Assembly: GCA_964453635.1 (NCBI GenBank)
Contig: CAYVSK010000004.1
Span: 1 to 40,019, forward strand
Direction: 5' to 3'
Source of the DNA: an uncultured Weeksellaceae bacterium
Lineage (GTDB): Bacteria; Bacteroidota; Bacteroidia; Flavobacteriales_D; CAYVSK01
DNA length: 40,019 nucleotides
Within the stretch, counting starts at the first letter, position 1. Each line of letters opens with the position of its first letter. Made by a program: the position numbers and the translations under genes. Under the pieces are notes generated by a model. The model saw nothing but the letters and a program-made list of their open reading frames with translations. It did not search any database and had not been told where the DNA came from. This document shows positions 1 through 9,043 of the stretch, piece by piece.

Positions 1-312
1 GCCAACCTTGAAGTGGCCGATCCCTACAAGATCCTACCGGGCAATGGGGTCTATGCCGTCAATGTGAAGCGGAAAAACGAATGGTACCGGGGCATGATGA
101 ACATTGGCACCCGCCCGACGGTCCAAAAGGACGAAAGGGACCGTTCCATCGAGGTGCACCTCTTCGACCTCGACCAGGACCTCTACGGCGAATCGCTAAC
201 CCTTTCCTTCGAGGAACGCATCAGAGGGGAACAAAAGTTCTCTGGAATGGATGAGTTGCAGGCGCAACTGGAAAAGGACCGGGAGACGGCGCTCGGGGTG
301 TTCGGGGTTTAG
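1..312 (+). CDS. ribF: Bifunctional riboflavin kinase/FAD synthetase, C-terminal kinase domain (5'-truncated by window edge)
   Basis: Flavokinase motifs GVYAV, MNIGTRPTV, IEVHLFD, LYGE and IRGEQKF. The frame is open from the window start. The stop overlaps the stop of the convergent M23 gene (309-312). Confidence 0.95.
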   Translation, partial: ANLEVADPYKILPGNGVYAVNVKRKNEWYRGMMNIGTRPTVQKDERDRSIEVHLFDLDQDLYGESLTLSFEERIRGEQKFSGMDELQAQLEKDRETALGVFGV

Positions 313-1583
313 GAAGGCCGCTCATCCCCACCATCGAACAAAATCCCCTCCAACTTCTCCATGCGCCTTCTCTGAACTTCCTTGAAATCTGCCTCCCGTT
401 CCTCCTGAACGGAACCAGCCGGCGGCAGGTCAAGGTTCAGCGGGTTCACCGCACTCCCGTTCTTGTAGACCCGGTAATCGAGGTGGGGGCCGGTGGACAA
501 TCCTGTACTCCCAACCTCGCCGATGTTCTCTCCCTGCCCAACACGTTCTCCTCTCCTTACGGATCTCCTGGACAAGTGGAGGTACATCGTGGTATAAACA
601 CTGTTGTGGCGAACCTTGACATAATTGCCGTTCCCCCCCGAATAGCCCGAAGCGATCACCCGCCCGTCGCCTACGGAGCGAACAGGTGTTCCCCGAGGGG
701 CGGCATAATCAACACCGCGGTGGGGACGGTACTCCTTGAGGACGGGATGATAGCGGCTGTTGCTGTAATGGGATGAGATGCGGGAGAACTTCAAGGGGGC
801 CTTCAGAAAGGCCTTTCGAAGGCTCTTTCCGTTCTCGTCGAAGTATTCGGCAGTGGAATCTCCCTCAAAACGGAATGCATAGTACGAGGAATCCCGGTGG
901 ATGAACTCCGCGGCCTTGATCTCCCCGATACCGATGGGTTGACCATCAACCCATTTCTCATCGTAAACCACCCGAAAGCGGTCCCCCTCCCGGATCCCAT
1001 AAAAATCGATGCTCCAGGCATAGACTTCGGAGAGTTCGAGGGCCAGCAATGGACTGATATCCTGTTTTTGGATCGTGCGATACAGAGACGAGTGGATCAC
1101 GCCAGAGACCCGTTTTTCCTTGTGCTTAAGGGACTTTTTCTTCTTGGTGACCGTCATGCCGTTGCGCATATCAAAGACCACATATTCCAATGGATTGGGC
1201 TGATAAACGAAACAGCGGGCCTTTCCGGTCGAATCCGTAGAACAAAAGACCGTGTACTCCTTACCGGCCCTTAGGTCCGAAGGATCGAATACCGTATCGG
1301 CGGCTTTCGCGAGCCGGTCGATATCAGCCCAGCTGGTCCGGTGTTCCAATAGGATGTCTGACAAGTGCTCCCCGGGCTGGAGTTCGCCCCGGATCACTTC
1401 AAAAGAATCCGTGTTCAGGCCGAATTCCTTTGACCCTTCTTGCTTTGCCGTATCCTGTTCCAAAGCTTCGGAGGGAGATTCCTCGACCCGGTCCCCACCC
1501 CCTCTGCTGAGATAGAAAAAGCCAACCCCAACGATGAGCCCCAGGAAAAGGGCTCTCACCAGGGTCGTGCGATCCAGCTTCAT
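309..1583 (-). CDS. M23 family peptidoglycan DD-endopeptidase (MepM/Csd3-like) with N-terminal membrane anchor
   Basis: Zn motifs HRGVDY (HxxxD) and TGPHLDY (HxH), plus GNYVKVRH. Hydrophobic N-terminus after ATG 1583 (MKLDRTTLVRALFLGLIVGVGFFYL). The upstream ORF extension overlaps the TDO gene and was discarded. Confidence 0.92.
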   Translation of the reverse strand: MKLDRTTLVRALFLGLIVGVGFFYLSRGGGDRVEESPSEALEQDTAKQEGSKEFGLNTDSFEVIRGELQPGEHLSDILLEHRTSWADIDRLAKAADTVFDPSDLRAGKEYTVFCSTDSTGKARCFVYQPNPLEYVVFDMRNGMTVTKKKKSLKHKEKRVSGVIHSSLYRTIQKQDISPLLALELSEVYAWSIDFYGIREGDRFRVVYDEKWVDGQPIGIGEIKAAEFIHRDSSYYAFRFEGDSTAEYFDENGKSLRKAFLKAPLKFSRISSHYSNSRYHPVLKEYRPHRGVDYAAPRGTPVRSVGDGRVIASGYSGGNGNYVKVRHNSVYTTMYLHLSRRSVRRGERVGQGENIGEVGSTGLSTGPHLDYRVYKNGSAVNPLNLDLPPAGSVQEEREADFKEVQRRRMEKLEGILFDGGDERPS

Positions 1584-1593
1584 GGGTTCTTGT

Positions 1594-2589
1594 TTATCTT
1601 TTTTGCTCCTGATCCTTATTCCCTTTTCCGAGGACCTCCCGGAACACCCATTGCTTTCCCCATTCAGCCTTTTCTTCTTCCGTCCACAGGTCGGGGAAGA
1701 AAACGATCCGCTGAAACTTGGGAGGCAGGAACTCCTGCCAGTTCGTACCCCCCGTTGCGGCGATATCCGCCGGGTCCTTTTGGAGATATCGAACCGCGGA
1801 ACGATAATGCACCAGCGCCCATTCAATGTTGAAACGGGCATCGTAGCGCCTCAATGCCTCGACGATGTCATCGCGTTCCCGCTGATCCGGGGGCAACGAC
1901 CAGTACCGCTGCCGCAAATTCCGCATCCGATACTTCTTCGCACGCTCCATGAAAGTCTCGTCGTACTTTTCCTCGAACTGCTTCAGGGTTAGTGTCTTTT
2001 TCCCCGTGGCCAGTTCCGTAGCTCCCTTTTTCCAGTACAACCACTCCATGGCTTCCTCGAGGTCCCCTTCCTTTAAGCCATCCCGATATTTTTCCCGGAC
2101 CTCTTCTTCCTGGATAAGGTTGATGAGATCCGTGGAACAAAGCTCGATCTCCCGGTACTGGGCCGACTGGAATCCACTGGCCGGCAAAAGGGCCATCCGG
2201 AACTTGAGGAACTGGTCCTTGTCCATACCATCCACCATGATATCGAAGGAATGGACGAGGGCATCGAAGTAGCGGTTGACACGCTCTACCTTATTGAGAA
2301 AGAGATCACCGCTCAGCGGATCGGCATCGGCGATCTGCTCGATCTCATGCAAACAAAGCTTGAAATAAAGCTCCGTGATCTGGTGATAAAGGATGAAGAC
2401 CTTCTCATCTGGAAAGGGCGTGCGGGGCTTTTGGAGGGTAAGGAGCGTATCGAGATTGATGTAATCCCAGTAGGTTAACTGATCCGCATAAAGAAGCCCG
2501 TCGAGGTAAGAGGCCAGGTCCTGCCCCATGGCCTCATACTTTTCCTCGAGCTTTTTGATCCGCTCTATGATCTCTGGTTTCAATTCCAT
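1594..2589 (-). CDS. kynA: Tryptophan 2,3-dioxygenase family protein
   Basis: TDO motifs YWDYINLDTLLTLQ, DEKVFILYHQITELYFK, FRMALLPASGFQSAQYR and ATGGT. Start taken at ATG 2589 (MELKPE). Confidence 0.9.
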   Translation of the reverse strand: MELKPEIIERIKKLEEKYEAMGQDLASYLDGLLYADQLTYWDYINLDTLLTLQKPRTPFPDEKVFILYHQITELYFKLCLHEIEQIADADPLSGDLFLNKVERVNRYFDALVHSFDIMVDGMDKDQFLKFRMALLPASGFQSAQYREIELCSTDLINLIQEEEVREKYRDGLKEGDLEEAMEWLYWKKGATELATGKKTLTLKQFEEKYDETFMERAKKYRMRNLRQRYWSLPPDQRERDDIVEALRRYDARFNIEWALVHYRSAVRYLQKDPADIAATGGTNWQEFLPPKFQRIVFFPDLWTEEEKAEWGKQWVFREVLGKGNKDQEQKR

Positions 2590-2880
2590 GATAAAATGTG
2601 CTCGGGCCATGAGCCGAAACAGCGACCATTGCCACATCCGGGCGTGCAATTTATCAATCCTGTGAGGCCTTTCGCCGGTCTTGCCATCAACTTATCCATG
2701 ATCGGGTGTGTAAAGTTGGAGGGATCGAATGATCCTGGAATGAACGGGTGGGGACGGGAATGCCGGGGACCGGGAATGACCGTTTGCTGAGGACAAGTGG
2801 CCAAATGGCGAAATAGCGAAATGGTCAGAATGGGGGCCTGGACACGGAAAACGGACGACGGTCTATGCGTCCACGGACCA

Positions 2881-3753
2881 TCAATCCACCCGTGCCACGG
2901 AATTCGCCAGTCCCTCATAACCGGTGAGCTGCATTTTGATGCTTCCCACCAGTACCTTGGCCTTGGCAAGGACCGGAATGTTGTTCCTATCGGCCGTGAC
3001 CCATACGGTCAGGTCCTTATTGTCTTTAAAGACCCTTCCCTCCTGAACAACAGGCCGGAATTTGCGGCATTTGAAACGACCGGCTTTCACTTTTACGGTC
3101 TCTTCCCCAATGTATTTGATCCGAAGGGGATAGAGTTCCTCGTCCATAAAACAATTGACAACAAAGACCTCTCCTTTTTCAGCTCCCGCCAGATCGAGGG
3201 TCCTGGCGTAATAAAAAGAGGAGATCATGTCTTGAGCTGCATCCGGGATCTCGAACTTACCTTTCTTTACATCATCGATGCCGGTGCCTCGTCGCTCCGT
3301 CTTTACGGAATCCTTATGCTGATAATAGACGTAATCCTGGTTGATGATGTAGCCCCCTTCGTTGACCCGCCGAAGGAAGATCCAGGGAAAGACCCCTTTT
3401 TTATCGATATAACTCTCGTAGCGGTCCCGAACCTTGAAGAACCAATTGAAAGTGCCCGTAGATCGACCCGTCGCGGAGGCATGGATCAGGTCCCGTCCCT
3501 GTACTTTCTTATCGGTCTCCTTCAGCTCGATGGTTCCCACCCCTGCGTTCATAGGCCCATATCCCACTTTGTAACGGAGCTTTTCCCCGACCTGAAAAGC
3601 ATTGTGCTCTACAAGCCTGAACCGCTTTTCCTCCCCCGACCTCTCGAAGCTGTCTACCGATGGTCCTTCCTGTCCCCGGACCGGAACGATCGAAACCATC
3701 AGTCCAATAAAAAAGGTGAAAAATTCCTGATATGATAGCCGGTATCCTTGCAT
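2881..3753 (-). CDS. DUF3108 domain-containing exported protein
   Basis: Signal-like N-terminus. AFQVGEKLRYKVGYG, FFKVRDRYESYID, QDMISSFYYAR and VWVTADRNNIP are typical of Bacteroidota DUF3108 proteins. Start uncertain. Confidence 0.8.
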   Translation of the reverse strand: MQGYRLSYQEFFTFFIGLMVSIVPVRGQEGPSVDSFERSGEEKRFRLVEHNAFQVGEKLRYKVGYGPMNAGVGTIELKETDKKVQGRDLIHASATGRSTGTFNWFFKVRDRYESYIDKKGVFPWIFLRRVNEGGYIINQDYVYYQHKDSVKTERRGTGIDDVKKGKFEIPDAAQDMISSFYYARTLDLAGAEKGEVFVVNCFMDEELYPLRIKYIGEETVKVKAGRFKCRKFRPVVQEGRVFKDNKDLTVWVTADRNNIPVLAKAKVLVGSIKMQLTGYEGLANSVARVD

Positions 3754-3893
3754 GGAATGTCCTTCCTATACTACAAACCCCAAGAATTGTACCATTGCCC
3801 AAACTTTGCGCGCTCCACGCTTCCCAGTGTACTCTGCATGGATCATTCACAGACCCGACCTGATGGGACCCGGGATCTTCGGAAGCGCTCCCC

Positions 3894-6713
3894 TCAAACG
3901 ACGACGTTCACGATCTTATTGGGGACCACGATCACTTTTTTGGGGGACCGGCCCTGTAGATATTTCTCAGCCTTCTCAGAAGCGAGCACTTCCTGTTGGA
4001 TCTCTTCCTTGCTCAGCTCTTTGGGGAGTTCGATCTTGAAGCGCATCTTTCCGTTGAAGGAGACGGGATAAGTGATCGCAGATTCCGTGAGGAGGGCATC
4101 ATCATATTCTGGATAAGGAACATCAATGACCGGCCCTTCGTTCCCCAATTTCTCCCATAACTCCTCAGCAATATGGGGAGCAAAAGGGGCCAGGAGCACA
4201 ACCAGCGGCTCGAGTACCTCGCGCTTGTTACACTTGAGCTCGCGCAATTCGTTCGTGCAGATCATGAAACTGCTCACCGCGGTGTTGAAGGCAAATTTCT
4301 CGAGGTCTTGACGCACCTGCTTGATACAGCGATGAAGGGACTTCAGTTCCGCATCACTCGCGGCCGCATCGCCAACAGCAAAAGCATCCCCATCGTGAAA
4401 GAGGTTCCAGAACCTTCGTAGGAAGCGATAAACCCCTTCAACTCCCTTGTGATCCCAGGGTTTGGGCTGATCGAGCGGACCGAGGAACATCTCGTACAGG
4501 CGCAGCGTATCAGCCCCATACTTCTCCACGAGACGATCGGGGGTGATGACGTTGTAGCGGCTCTTCGACATCTTCTCAACTTCACTTCCGCAGACGAAAT
4601 CCCCATCACTGTTGCAGATAAACGTAGCGTTCCGATAATCCGGCATCCACTTTTTAAAGCCCTCAATATCCAGCACATCGTTCGTATCGATAAGCCCAAC
4701 ATCCACATGCACGGCCATGGTCTCCGAAAAGTCCGGCAGATCCTGCTGGTTCTCCGGCCCGGCTTCCCCTTTTAACAGATCGTAAGAGATAAAACGATCG
4801 CTTTCTTTGTCCTTATACGCAAGACTGGAGCGACCAAGGATCATCCCCTGGTTGATCAGCTTGTAAAAGGGTTCATCAAAGGGAACGTAGCCCCGGTCGT
4901 AGAGGAATTTCGTCCAGAAGCGGGAATAGAGAAGGTGGCTGGTGGCGTGTTCGGAACCACCGATATAGAGGTCCACCTGACCCCAGTACTCGATCCGGTC
5001 GTAGTCGGCAAAGGCTTCCTCATTGCGGGGATCCATGTACCGCAGGAAATACCAGGAGGACCCGGCCCAGGCTGGCATGGTATTGTAATCCAGGCGATAC
5101 CCCGAATCGGTGACCCAATTCGTAGCCCTGGCGAGCGGTGGGTCCCCTTCTTCCGTGGGTTTGTATTCATCCACCTCAGGAAGCTTGAGAGGAAGCTCTT
5201 CATCCGGCAACAAACAGGGATATTCCTCTCCTCTGGAGTCTTTCCTGAAATAGACCGGGAATGGCTCTCCCCAGTAGCGCTGGCGGCTGAAACAAGCATC
5301 GCGGAGGCGGTAATTGACCTCTCCAGTGCCAACCCCTGCATCTTCAAGCTTTTCAATGGCCTTGTCGATCGCTTCGGGCACCTCGAGGCCATCGAGCGGG
5401 CCGGAATTGATCATCCGCCCCTCCATCGAATCATTGGCCCCTTTTTCCACATCCGTCCCCTCGATCACCGGGATGATGGGCAGCTCAAAGTGGCGGGCGA
5501 ATTTGTGGTCCCTTTCATCACTGGCAGGCACGGCCATGACAGCACCGGTCCCGTAACCACCGACGACGTAATCCCCCACATAAACGGGAAGGCGGTCTCC
5601 CGTCAGAGGATGGATGGCATAGGCACCGATGAATTGCCCGGAGACCACGTCGGTGTCGACCAGACGGTCCCGTTCGGCTCTGTTGACAGCTTTTTCAACA
5701 TAGTCCCGAACAAGGTCCCGATATTCCGTGGACGGGAGCGTTTCAAGCAATGCGTTCTCGGGGGCGAGGACCATGAAGGTCACGCCGTATACCGTATCGG
5801 GCCGGGTGGTGAATGCCTCTATTTGTTCATTGCAACCCTCCACTTCGAACTTCACCCGGGCCCCTCTGGAACGACCGATCCAATTCCGCTGCTGCTCCTT
5901 GAGCGCATGGGTCCAATCAATGCGCTCCAAACCCTCGATCAGGCGATCGGCATAGGCTGTGATCCGCAGGAACCATTGGCGCATCCGTTTTCGTTCCACA
6001 GGATGACCACCACGCTCAGAATATCCATCCTGGACCTCTTCATTGGCCAGGACCGTTCCCAGGGCCGGACACCAGTTTACCATGGATTCGGATAAAAAGG
6101 CCAAACGATAGTGTTGGAGAATCCTTTCGCGTTCCCCTTCTTCCATACTGTTCCATTCCTCCGCACTGAAAGCCTCATGTGGGTCATGAACAGCGTTGAC
6201 CCCATCACTTCCCTTTTCGGCAAAAATTTCGATCAATGACCCGATCGGCTTCGCTCGATCCTCATCCCGGTCATACCAGGATTCACAAAGCTGCTTGAAG
6301 ATCCACTGGGTCCACTTGTAATAGGCAGGATCGGAGGTCCGGACCGCACGGCTCCAATCGAAACAGAAGCCGAGTTTATCCAGTTGTTGCCGGTAGCGCT
6401 GGATGTTGTTCTCCGTGGTATGGGCGGGATGCTGACCCGTTTGGATGGCATACTGCTCCGCTGGAAGCCCGAACGCATCGAAACCCATGGGATGAAGGAC
6501 GTTATATCCCTGGGAACGTTTGAAACGGGAAAAAATATCCGCAGCTATATAGCCAAGGGGATGCCCCACATGGAGTCCCGAACCCGAAGGATATGGGAAC
6601 ATGTCGAGAACATAGTACTTTTCCCGGTCGGGATCCTCGGTAACGCGATGAACGTCTTCCCGCTCCCAACGTTCCTGCCATTTTTGCTCGATATTCCAAT
6701 GCTCATATCCCAT
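3894..6713 (-). CDS. leuS: Leucine--tRNA ligase
   Basis: MFPYPSGSGLHVGH (HIGH motif), KMSKS, editing-domain TTRPDT and GTGAVMAVPASD, C-terminal KVIVVPNKIVNVVV. Start at ATG 6713. Confidence 0.98.
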   Translation of the reverse strand: MGYEHWNIEQKWQERWEREDVHRVTEDPDREKYYVLDMFPYPSGSGLHVGHPLGYIAADIFSRFKRSQGYNVLHPMGFDAFGLPAEQYAIQTGQHPAHTTENNIQRYRQQLDKLGFCFDWSRAVRTSDPAYYKWTQWIFKQLCESWYDRDEDRAKPIGSLIEIFAEKGSDGVNAVHDPHEAFSAEEWNSMEEGERERILQHYRLAFLSESMVNWCPALGTVLANEEVQDGYSERGGHPVERKRMRQWFLRITAYADRLIEGLERIDWTHALKEQQRNWIGRSRGARVKFEVEGCNEQIEAFTTRPDTVYGVTFMVLAPENALLETLPSTEYRDLVRDYVEKAVNRAERDRLVDTDVVSGQFIGAYAIHPLTGDRLPVYVGDYVVGGYGTGAVMAVPASDERDHKFARHFELPIIPVIEGTDVEKGANDSMEGRMINSGPLDGLEVPEAIDKAIEKLEDAGVGTGEVNYRLRDACFSRQRYWGEPFPVYFRKDSRGEEYPCLLPDEELPLKLPEVDEYKPTEEGDPPLARATNWVTDSGYRLDYNTMPAWAGSSWYFLRYMDPRNEEAFADYDRIEYWGQVDLYIGGSEHATSHLLYSRFWTKFLYDRGYVPFDEPFYKLINQGMILGRSSLAYKDKESDRFISYDLLKGEAGPENQQDLPDFSETMAVHVDVGLIDTNDVLDIEGFKKWMPDYRNATFICNSDGDFVCGSEVEKMSKSRYNVITPDRLVEKYGADTLRLYEMFLGPLDQPKPWDHKGVEGVYRFLRRFWNLFHDGDAFAVGDAAASDAELKSLHRCIKQVRQDLEKFAFNTAVSSFMICTNELRELKCNKREVLEPLVVLLAPFAPHIAEELWEKLGNEGPVIDVPYPEYDDALLTESAITYPVSFNGKMRFKIELPKELSKEEIQQEVLASEKAEKYLQGRSPKKVIVVPNKIVNVVV

Positions 6714-6773
6714 GGTCTCTGGCCTTTCCTGAACGACCCCCAGGGCCGAAGGCACCTGTGGGGCCGGCGGAGG

Positions 6774-6781
6774 CGAATTTA
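6774..6781 (-). promoter_or_regulatory. Putative Bacteroidota sigma-A -7 element (TAAATTCG) for leuS
   Basis: One mismatch to TAnnTTTG, about 60 nt upstream of the leuS start, in the divergent leuS/ftsX spacer. Confidence 0.45.
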
Positions 6782-6856
6782 AAAGATCACCCGCGCTTTC
6801 CCTGCCTCAATTATTCCGATATGTTTAATTTAGCCCTTTGCGTATCTCAGAACAGA

Positions 6857-7735
6857 GTGGCCCAAGCAGAAGAGAGCAAATACACGCGACGAAAGGTTCG
6901 CACGGCCTCGGTATCCACGGTGGTGAGCATCGGTCTGGTCCTTTTCATGCTCGGTACCCTGGGGCTGATCCTCCTCAACGCCAACAAGATCACCAATTAC
7001 GTCAAAGAGAACATCCGTTTCCAGGTGATCATCAAGGAGAACGTGAAGGAGGTCGAGATCACCCAACTCAAAAAAAGGCTCCAATCCGCGGACCACACGC
7101 GGAAAGTAAAGTACATCGACAAAGAAGAGGCCAAAAAGATCCTTCAGAAAGACCTTGGGGAGGATTTCGTCGATTTTCTGGGTTACAACCCCTTGCTGCC
7201 CTCCCTGGATGTGAACCTGAAAGCCGATTATGCGGAACCTGACAGCATCGCCTGGATCCGGGACGATCTGACGCAGAGCTCCATCGTTAAAGAGGTTGAT
7301 TACAGTCCCGACCTCGTCCAAAAGATCGATCGCAATGTCCGAAAACTCAGTATAATACTACTGGGATTTAGCATTTTGTTGTTGATCGTGGCCATTGCCC
7401 TGATCAACAACACCATCCGTCTCGCCATTTATTCCAAACGCTTCCTCATACGAACCATGCAATTGGTGGGAGCCACCCGGTGGTTCATTCAAAGGCCATT
7501 TCTTTTAAAGGGGCTCTCCCAGGGACTCTTGGGAAGCTGCCTGGCGATCTTTCTGATCGCAGGCCTCATTTATCTGATCCAGGAGCAAATGCAGGAATTT
7601 TTCGATATTCAGGATATCCCTACCTTTGCAATGCTATTCAGCGGTGTGATCCTCATGGGGTTGTTAATATCCCTGCTGTCCACGATGCTGGCGGTAAGGA
7701 AATACCTGCGGATCAAACCCGAAAAGCTCTTCTGA
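6857..7735 (+). CDS. ftsX: Cell division permease FtsX
   Basis: STVVSIGLVLFMLG, LGYNPLLPSLDV and LINNTIRLAIYSKRFLIRTMQLVGATRWFIQRPF, with four TM segments. A GTG start at 6857 gives about 292 aa, the usual length. Confidence 0.95.
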   Translation: MAQAEESKYTRRKVRTASVSTVVSIGLVLFMLGTLGLILLNANKITNYVKENIRFQVIIKENVKEVEITQLKKRLQSADHTRKVKYIDKEEAKKILQKDLGEDFVDFLGYNPLLPSLDVNLKADYAEPDSIAWIRDDLTQSSIVKEVDYSPDLVQKIDRNVRKLSIILLGFSILLLIVAIALINNTIRLAIYSKRFLIRTMQLVGATRWFIQRPFLLKGLSQGLLGSCLAIFLIAGLIYLIQEQMQEFFDIQDIPTFAMLFSGVILMGLLISLLSTMLAVRKYLRIKPEKLF

Positions 7736-7764
7736 GCCAAGCAACGGAATAAAAAGCACACAGC

Positions 7765-8055
7765 ATGGCCGCTCCGAAAAAAAAGCAAGGTCCCGAACTC
7801 CCATTCCAACGAGAGAATTACATCATCTTTCTCGTCGGGATCGGCGTTATTATCCTCGGCTTCCTGTTAATGACCGGCGGTGGGACGGAGGATCCGAACA
7901 AGTTCGATTACGACAACCTCTTCAGTTTCCGCCGTATCACCTTAGCACCTATCACCGTAATAGCGGGTTATGCCGTGGTGATCTACGCCATTATGAAAAG
8001 ACCCAGGGACCAGGCGGAAAGTTCATCAAGTTCAGAAGAAGAGAAGGGTGGCTGA
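7765..8055 (+). CDS. DUF3098 small membrane protein
   Basis: F.RENY...GFLLMTGG...FSFRRITLAP pattern with two TM helices, in its usual position between ftsX and uppP. Confidence 0.88.
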   Translation: MAAPKKKQGPELPFQRENYIIFLVGIGVIILGFLLMTGGGTEDPNKFDYDNLFSFRRITLAPITVIAGYAVVIYAIMKRPRDQAESSSSSEEEKGG

Positions 8056-8138
8056 GAGGCCTTTCCCACAGGGAGCACGAAGCGCTTGACAGGTCTGAAG
8101 GCCACTTCCCCAGTTGATGGACCCTGGTCTACCCATTC

Positions 8139-8942
8139 ATGGATATTCTTCGGGCCATATTGTTGGGGGTCGTACAAGGATTGACCGAATTCCTTCCGGT
8201 CAGTAGCAGCGGTCACATCGAACTCGGTAAAGCCCTGTTCGGCGAGGAGGGGGCGGAGACCCCGCTCCTTTTCACGATCCTGGTCCACGGTGCCACAGCC
8301 CTGAGCACTGTGGTCGTTTACCGGCACACCATCGTTTCGATAATCCGGGGAGCATTCCGGTCAGTTCGGGATGAAAATTTTCAATACCTCCTCAAGATCG
8401 GGATCTCTATGATCCCGGTCGGACTGATCGGCATATTTCTGGAATCCCGGATCGAAGCACTTTTCCAGGGGAAGCTCATGCTCGTGGGATCCATGCTACT
8501 CGTTACAGCGCTTTTACTCTATTTGACCATGCAGGTCCAACACCGGCAAAAAGGGCTCGATTACCTGCGGGCCACGATCATCGGCCTCGCCCAGGCCGTC
8601 GCCATCCTCCCCGGGATCTCCAGATCAGGGGCCACCATTTCTACTGCCTTATTGATGGGCGTTAAAAGGGATAAGGCCGCCCGTTTTTCCTTTCTCATGG
8701 TCCTTCCTCCGATCCTTGGAGCCTCCCTTTTAAAGACAGTGGAGTTTGCAAGAGGCCAGGGCGGTTCCGGGGATATGGGGACGATCGCACTTGTGCTCGG
8801 CTTTCTTGCCGCCTTCATAGCTGGCCTGATCGCGTGCAAATGGATGGTGCGGATCGTGGAACGGGCCCGCTTGGCCCACTTCACATGGTATTGCGGGATC
8901 GTGGGTATGATCGCCATTGGATGGGGATGGGCAACATCCTGA
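8139..8942 (+). CDS. uppP: Undecaprenyl-diphosphate phosphatase (BacA/UppP)
   Basis: GVVQGLTEFLPVSSSGH and PGISRSGATI signature motifs, plus AARFSFLM. Confidence 0.97.
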   Translation: MDILRAILLGVVQGLTEFLPVSSSGHIELGKALFGEEGAETPLLFTILVHGATALSTVVVYRHTIVSIIRGAFRSVRDENFQYLLKIGISMIPVGLIGIFLESRIEALFQGKLMLVGSMLLVTALLLYLTMQVQHRQKGLDYLRATIIGLAQAVAILPGISRSGATISTALLMGVKRDKAARFSFLMVLPPILGASLLKTVEFARGQGGSGDMGTIALVLGFLAAFIAGLIACKWMVRIVERARLAHFTWYCGIVGMIAIGWGWATS

Positions 8943-9043
8943 CCTTGACCCGGATATTTGTAACCCTACGAACCGGACCCTCGTATAATTTGCCTACCCT
9001 CCTCGTTAACGCTCTCCTCGGAAAACACCAAGCAAGAAAGCCC

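Noticed and set aside
1584-1841. 86-aa N-terminal extension of the M23 ORF in the ORF track
   Set aside because: It overlaps the TDO coding region in another frame. The ATG at 1583, followed by a membrane anchor, is the credible start.
2797-3735. 312-aa plus-strand ORF
   Set aside because: Antisense shadow of the DUF3108 gene with no recognisable motifs.
4935-6095. 386-aa plus-strand ORF
   Set aside because: Antisense to leuS. Long shadow ORFs are expected with GC-rich codon usage.
8834-9043. N-terminal extension of the GNAT ORF overlapping uppP
   Set aside because: The GNAT-like sequence begins near ATG 9044/9050. The extension has no domain features.
8943-9043. Absence of truB after ftsX-DUF3098-uppP, and a near-consensus TATAATTTG promoter
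   Set aside because: This is a simple synteny difference recalled from memory and not verifiable here. The promoter spacing does not match TAnnTTTG exactly.
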